From contig RDOC01000011.1 in NCBI GenBank assembly GCA_011364985.1, positions 1 through 21,287 of the forward strand: 21,287 nucleotides of DNA, read 5' to 3'. Below the pieces are notes generated by a model, which saw only the letters and a program-made list of their open reading frames with translations, did not search any database and was not told the DNA's origin. The DNA comes from Candidatus Thorarchaeota archaeon (lineage in GTDB: Archaea; Asgardarchaeota; Thorarchaeia; Thorarchaeales; Thorarchaeaceae). This document shows positions 16,428 through 21,287 of the stretch, one piece after another; the stretch's first letter is position 1, and every line of letters begins with the position of its first letter. The position numbers were made by a program, and so were the translations under genes.

Positions 16428-16873
16428 TCTCTTTCGGGAAATGGTTGTTCCCTCCATATCGTTAACGCTTCATACCATAGGACAATACACACTGAGGCCA
16501 GTAGCAGCATTAGTACTGTTGAATACCAGTTGCCAAATAGATATAGCATTGTTGAAAGAGCCGCGGTGAGTGATGTATAGAATGTGGCATAAAAGAGGTA
16601 CTTTGGGACCATGGCTCTACCTCTGCCAACAAAGAGACGAAGTATACCAACACGAACATCTCGCGTTACTTCGTATTCCCCATGCACATTCTTGTCAACC
16701 AGACCGTAATGCTTGAGTTTCTCAAGATGGTGAAGGGAGAGGGATGGGCTTGATAACTCAGTGCCTCGCTGGATCTCCCTAGCACTCATCGGGCGTGGAT
16801 GCCTGAGCATAAACCAGTATACCTGCAGTGTCTTTCCTTTGACTTGCTCAGCCAGTTCTTCTTCGCTTGGCAT
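16424..16873 (-). CDS. Winged-HTH (ArsR-like) transcriptional regulator with two C-terminal TM helices
   Basis: GKTLQVYWFML..MSAREIQRGTELSSPSLSLHHLEKLKHYGLVDK..GEY HTH pattern; hydrophobic YLFYATFYTSLTAALSTMLYLF and VLMLLLASVCIVLWYE. Start ATG 16873 (TTG 16894 alternative). Confidence 0.85.
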   Translation of the reverse strand: MPSEEELAEQVKGKTLQVYWFMLRHPRPMSAREIQRGTELSSPSLSLHHLEKLKHYGLVDKNVHGEYEVTRDVRVGILRLFVGRGRAMVPKYLFYATFYTSLTAALSTMLYLFGNWYSTVLMLLLASVCIVLWYEALTIWREQPFPERE

Positions 16874-16974
16874 TCCATCAGACAAGACCTGCAACTCCGA
16901 TTTGAAGCATAGATTAGTTGTATAGACGCACTCTTAACTCTCACCGTTGATTGCAGGTTAGGCAAACTTGGGCA

Positions 16975-17465
16975 TCAAGCTTTACGCTCACCAACGGCAG
17001 TACGCTCTATTGGTGGTTGAGCATGTATAGCGTTCTGTGCCGAATTCACATCGACATGACAGTCCTCATCACACCTGAAACAGTGGGAGTACTCTTCTTC
17101 TCAGTGGTGGAGGCCTCATCCTCCACACACATGACCGGTCTGAGAAGCCCGTCAACCTTCTGACGATACCTTGAGACCCATGCATAGACCCACATTTCTT
17201 CATCTCAGGATATCGAAAAGTTTCTCTCTGGAATTCGCCGGGAAGGCTCTTCATCGCCACGAGGTGATTTTTTTCGATGGTTGCAGGAATCTTGAAACAA
17301 TGAATACGATTCTGCCAGTTTCAGCACCTGATAGTCTTTGAACAGACGCCAAGCCTTCGAACTGTCTACAATGCTGAGAACATGGACCAATTCATTCGAC
17401 TCCTGCCTGATGAATGTCAGACCTCCTTCAAATATCGCGTAGCAGCTACCGACCGCTCCGACGTT
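16975..17465 (-). pseudogene. tnpB: Decayed tnpB-like (IS200/IS605 ORF-B) fragment
   Basis: The minus frame 17100-16975 reads EEEYSHCFRCDEDCHVDVNSAQNAIH..., matching the TnpB C-terminal CxxC-x6-D-x-N-A-A-x-N signature in spacing. A neighbouring frame is open for about 140 codons with a single TGA and contains VYAWVSRYRQKVDG, resembling a degenerate (V/D)PxYTSxxCxxCG. A frameshift and a stop are present. Confidence 0.6.
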
Positions 17466-17603
17466 CTATATTAGTCCCTCAAAGGTAAGGCTCAAATAGC
17501 AGAGGACGCGCCCATGTGCAGGGCAGACAGAGAGCTGTTTTGATGAACACTCCAAATCGTCCTTCGAAGTAAGTTGTCACTTTGACTCAGGGAGAATCCA
17601 CTG

Positions 17604-17939
17604 ATGTCGACCGTCAGAAAGCCAATAACACCGAAACCAGCACGATTGCGTGAGAAGGTTCTCGTAATCCTTCAGGAGCAATGCAAACAGTGTGGCCTCT
17701 GTATTGAGTTCTGCCCGAAGAAAGTGTTGTGTTTCGATACGTCAAAATACAATCGAAAAGGATACCATCCTGTCACAGCATGTGACATAGATGCTTGTGT
17801 GAATTGTGAGTTCTGTGAGCGGATATGTCCCGACATGGCGATTTTCTTGGCCGACAAGGATGAAGCCAAAAAGGCCTACGATGCCGGTACTATGGAAGAG
17901 AACACTATAATCCCGGAGTTTGAAGAGGAGGTAAAATGA
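17604..17939 (+). CDS. korD: 2-oxoacid:ferredoxin oxidoreductase delta subunit / 2x[4Fe-4S] ferredoxin
   Basis: CKQCGLCIEFCP, NRKGYHP, CVNCEFCERICPDMAI; abuts the alpha subunit gene. Confidence 0.85.
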   Translation: MSTVRKPITPKPARLREKVLVILQEQCKQCGLCIEFCPKKVLCFDTSKYNRKGYHPVTACDIDACVNCEFCERICPDMAIFLADKDEAKKAYDAGTMEENTIIPEFEEEVK

Positions 17940-19076
17940 ATGCCCGAGAAGGTCATGTTCACGATGGGTGACATTGCCTGTGCGGAGGGAGCCCTTAGTG
18001 CTGGCTGTCGATACTTTGGAGGGTATCCAATCACTCCTGCCACCGAAATAGCAGAGTGGATGTCCATTCGAATGCCGCAAGTCGGAGGCGCATATGTTCA
18101 GTATGAGGATGAAATCGCCTCGATAACCAGTGTCATCGGAGCATCATGGACAGGAACAAAGGCGATGACCGCAACCTCAGGTCCGGGAGCTAGTCTGATG
18201 CTTGAGGCAGTTGGGCTAGCAGTGATGACAGAAACACCACTTGTACTTGTGAATATCATGCGTGGAGGACCGAGTACAGGACAACCGACCAAAGGTCAAC
18301 AAGGTGATGTCATGCAACCAAAATGGGGAAGCCATGGGGACTATCAGATTATTGCCTTGACTCCGGCCTCAGTCCAGGAGATGTTCGACCAAACCGTGCA
18401 AGCATTTAATCTAGCAGAGAGATTCAGAACACCAGTATTTGTCCTAGCCGACGAGACCGTAGGTCATATGAGAGAGCGTCTTGTAATTCCTGATGAGAAA
18501 GACCTGAAAATAGAGAACAGGAAGCTCTCCACTGGACCGCCAGAAGAGTATTTGCCCTTTAAGCCTGATGAGGATCTCGTTCCGCCTATGGCACTTCTTG
18601 GCTCCAAGTATCAGTTCTATGCTACCGGATTGACACACGACGAGCGTGGATATCCCAGCGACAAGGAAGATGTCCAGATTAACCTCATCACAAGACTCAG
18701 CGACAAGATACTCAAGAACTCTGACAAGATCATTGACATTGAGAGATTCATGTTAGAGGATGCAAAGATTGCTGTGATATCATATGGTACTCCGTCACGA
18801 AGTGCCAAGAAAGCAATCAAAGACGCAAGGAGAGAAGGCATAAAAGCAGGGATGCTCAGATTCAAGACGGTTTGGCCGTTTCCTGAAGAACAGGTGACTC
18901 AGCTAGCATCGGAGTTAGATCACATTATTGTTGCAGAGCAGAACCTTGGTCAAATGTACTATATGGTGCGATCGGCCGCAGCACCAACACCAGTCCATCT
19001 TATGCCCAAGCCAGCAGGTATGCCCCAGCTGCCTCATGAGATACTTGATAAGATTCGACTGGTGAATTCAATCTGA
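17940..19076 (+). CDS. korA: 2-oxoacid:ferredoxin oxidoreductase alpha subunit (KorA-like; substrate not determinable)
   Basis: GYPITP, EDEIASI, TATSGPG, RGGPSTGQPT, TGLTHDERGYP, WPFP, EQNLGQ motifs; SD GAGGAGG upstream. Confidence 0.92.
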   Translation: MPEKVMFTMGDIACAEGALSAGCRYFGGYPITPATEIAEWMSIRMPQVGGAYVQYEDEIASITSVIGASWTGTKAMTATSGPGASLMLEAVGLAVMTETPLVLVNIMRGGPSTGQPTKGQQGDVMQPKWGSHGDYQIIALTPASVQEMFDQTVQAFNLAERFRTPVFVLADETVGHMRERLVIPDEKDLKIENRKLSTGPPEEYLPFKPDEDLVPPMALLGSKYQFYATGLTHDERGYPSDKEDVQINLITRLSDKILKNSDKIIDIERFMLEDAKIAVISYGTPSRSAKKAIKDARREGIKAGMLRFKTVWPFPEEQVTQLASELDHIIVAEQNLGQMYYMVRSAAAPTPVHLMPKPAGMPQLPHEILDKIRLVNSI

Positions 19077-19136
19077 ATATCAAATTCCACCCCGGTATGC
19101 AAAGCATAATATGTTTCTCTCCTAATAGCTGGGATC

Positions 19137-20111
19137 ATGCTTGTCCTATTAACCGGAGCCTTTGGCAATATCGGCGAGAGCACTCTAACATCTCTTTTGG
19201 AAAAGGAATACTCAGTAAGATGCTTTGACATCAAGACAGAAAGAAATCAGAAAAAGCAAGGGAGTCTATTCAGGGTAGGGGAGTTTGAAACAGTGTGGGG
19301 AGATATTCGTATCTTTGATAAGGTTCGAAGTGCGGCCAAGGATGTAGATTGCATCATCCATCTGGCAGGAATAATTCCTCCACTTAGCGAGGAGAAGCCA
19401 GACCTTGCAAGAAGTGTCAATGTTGATGGCACACGTAATATCGTGCAGGCTGCGGAGGAGAGAAGACCAAAACTCATCTTTGCCAGTTCAGTTTCTCTCT
19501 ATGGACCCACAATGCATCTGGACCCACCTCGAAAAGCCACTGACCCCATTAATCCAACGGACATCTATACTCATACAAAGGCGAAGTGTGAAGAAATCAT
19601 TCGTTCAAGCACACTCCCTTGGACTATTCTCAGGTTCGCTGCAGCACCACCCATTGGAACGGAAGCTGATACAAGTCTGCTGTTCGATATTCCTTTGGAA
19701 CAACGAATCGAGTTTGTGCATACCAGAGATGTGGGATTGGCTTGTGCAAATGCCGTGGCATCTGATACTCTCGGTATGACTTTGCTGATTGGAGGTGGAC
19801 AAGATAGTCAGATGTACCAGCGCGAGTTTCTACAAAGAATGTTGGATACAATGGGGCTCGACATGCTACCGGAGAGTGCCTTTAAGCAACCTAAAACCAA
19901 AGATGATTGGTTCTACACGGATTGGCTTGATACGGAGGAATCCCAGAAACTGCTTCAGTACCAGAAGCATAGTTACATGGATTATCTTCAGGAATTCAAG
20001 AAGGCCATAGGCTTCAAGCGGCACTTGGCAAGAATATTCAAAGGGAGAGCGATGAACACGATGCTTGCAGCATCCAAGTATTATATTCCTAGAGACAGTT
20101 CCATAGAATAA
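19137..20111 (+). CDS. Extended SDR, NAD(P)-dependent epimerase/dehydratase family
   Basis: TGAFGNIG (GxxGxxG), IIHLAG, VNVDGT, FASS, YTHTK (YxxxK). Confidence 0.92.
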   Translation: MLVLLTGAFGNIGESTLTSLLEKEYSVRCFDIKTERNQKKQGSLFRVGEFETVWGDIRIFDKVRSAAKDVDCIIHLAGIIPPLSEEKPDLARSVNVDGTRNIVQAAEERRPKLIFASSVSLYGPTMHLDPPRKATDPINPTDIYTHTKAKCEEIIRSSTLPWTILRFAAAPPIGTEADTSLLFDIPLEQRIEFVHTRDVGLACANAVASDTLGMTLLIGGGQDSQMYQREFLQRMLDTMGLDMLPESAFKQPKTKDDWFYTDWLDTEESQKLLQYQKHSYMDYLQEFKKAIGFKRHLARIFKGRAMNTMLAASKYYIPRDSSIE

Positions 20112-20113
20112 GG

Positions 20114-20308
20114 ATGGCAGGCAAACATACATTGAAGAAACGAGCCTTCACAAAGAGTCCCAAGGAAAAGAATGAGGACAGAACCGCAGAAGAAGAACAG
20201 GAGAATGCTATTAAGGTTGTTCAGATTATGCAAGTTATTTCTGAAGACTTGGGCGAGAAAGAGAAGAGAATGTGGCGAAAGATGCTCGGAAATGACGACG
20301 AAGCCTAG
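20114..20308 (+). CDS. Small charged hypothetical protein (64 aa)
   Basis: ATG 2 nt after the SDR stop; basic N-terminus and amphipathic helical remainder; no recognised motif. Confidence 0.55.
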   Translation: MAGKHTLKKRAFTKSPKEKNEDRTAEEEQENAIKVVQIMQVISEDLGEKEKRMWRKMLGNDDEA

Positions 20309-20746
20309 AAAACCGTTCGAGTAGATCGCAAAGACACACATACTTCTTTCAATCGTTTGAAGCGCCTTGCTCACGTTTTTGTCTTGGCATACTCAAATTC
20401 GTATTTGATTACTCCTCAATCCTCTTGAATGGATTTTCGCCCTCTTCTGTTGATATAATTCCATCCATTATGAGACCTGTCTTGTCAATATTCAGAATTG
20501 CTTCTATTGTATGACGAGCCAGCGAAGCTCACCAAGTTTCGATAGCAGGAAGTACCAGTATTAGTGCATTTCAGTGATACGGCCACTCTCATACTCCTCT
20601 TCGATGCAACATACAGACTACCCAGATTCTATACCTAAATATGTCAATCTTCATCAACTGAGAAACACTACGAGCCCATTTCGAAGAAAAGAACGTGTTC
20701 ACGTGGCTAATCTAAGCCTTGTCTGGATTTGAGAAAGGAAAACAAC

Positions 20747-20761
20747 TTCAACTAAGTTGAA
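20747..20761. promoter_or_regulatory. Perfect 7-1-7 palindrome, possible transcription factor operator
   Basis: TTCAACT-A-AGTTGAA in an ORF-free region. Confidence 0.3.
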
Positions 20762-21098
20762 TATGCTTCATAGCTAAATACAAACGATCACATGCTCACT
20801 GACATCTTTTTCTATCTGTTGAGCTAAACCTGTCAAACCGTTCCTTCCTACACTCCTTGTCCTTGAAGTTCTCCAGCACAGCGTCTTGGCGCATTATCTA
20901 GTCACTTCTATCGATTTTTCGTCCACGAAGGTTGGGTTTCTTTTCGTCACCGTCCGTTCACCTGACTTCCCCGAAAGAGGATGCTAGTAATGCCTCTAAA
21001 GTCCGGGTTTGAATTCTATGAAATTGAAGTCCAATAAAAGCCTTTGTGGCACAAGATATTTGCACCCATTCTCAAATTAAACGTATTCGCCCAAATGT

Positions 21099-21287
21099 TC
21101 AATTTTGTGCTATTCCAGCCAGTCGCTTCATTCTAGCCAGCAATTTCTCGTGTCTGGACTTGTAGTCCTTGTCGCCCTCACCTTCAAACTGTGCCACCTT
21201 GATGGCGCACTTGAGATTGCCCCTCTTTTTCTGAATTTTGTCAGACCGCTGGATTCTGACCCAGAGAGGGCCATAGAAATGGCGAGG
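21099..21287 (-). CDS. 3' end of a hypothetical protein running in from beyond the window
   Basis: The minus frame is open from 21287: PRHFYGPLWVRIQRSDKIQKKRGNLKCAIKVAQFEGEGDKDYKSRHEKLLARMKRLAGIAQN, then TGA at 21101-21099. It is absent from the ORF track because its start is outside the window. Confidence 0.65.
   Translation of the reverse strand, partial: PRHFYGPLWVRIQRSDKIQKKRGNLKCAIKVAQFEGEGDKDYKSRHEKLLARMKRLAGIAQN

Noticed and set aside
17205-17207. In-frame TGA as selenocysteine in the long minus frame
   Set aside because: No redox-motif context; better explained as a nonsense lesion in a pseudogene that also has a frameshift.
17540-17604. C/D box sRNA (TGATGA ... CTGA)
   Set aside because: No convincing internal D' and C' boxes, the guide spacing is off, and box D overlaps the korD start.
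384-20374. Numerous 60-150 aa ORFs overlapping the main genes in antisense or alternate frames
   Set aside because: Shadow ORFs of well-supported genes, with no motifs or independent signals.
20409-20570. P-type ATPase remnant suggested by LPAIET...DKTG
   Set aside because: The spacing between the motifs is about twice the canonical one and DKTG is not followed by TLT; likely coincidence.

Overview
Archaeal-type window of about 21 kb. Asgard/Thorarchaeia-like origin is my inference from gene content and style and is not verified. The first 15.4 kb are an unusually dense heterodisulfide-reductase region. It has two large tandem-module HdrA-like flavoproteins (one 5'-truncated by the window edge, one fused to an MvhD domain), three separate hdrC-hdrB pairs and a DUF2096-like gene. 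Interleaved with these are two radical SAM genes, a creatininase-family amidohydrolase and a small acidic ORF. After this come a membrane-anchored HTH regulator coupled to a Thr-linker surface protein, a decayed tnpB-like (IS200/IS605) relic that the ORF track misses, the delta and alpha subunits of a 2-oxoacid:ferredoxin oxidoreductase (no beta or gamma), an extended SDR, a small ORF, a 0.8 kb stretch without a credible ORF, and the 3' end of a minus-strand gene. The best candidate for an undescribed system is the multi-paralog Hdr cluster. Its HdrA proteins carry asymmetric flavin modules, and it embeds a divergent amidohydrolase/radical SAM pair whose promoter arms are mirror images. No rRNA, tRNA, CRISPR array or in-frame Sec codon could be supported. 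All family assignments come from motif recognition by eye; no database searches were run.
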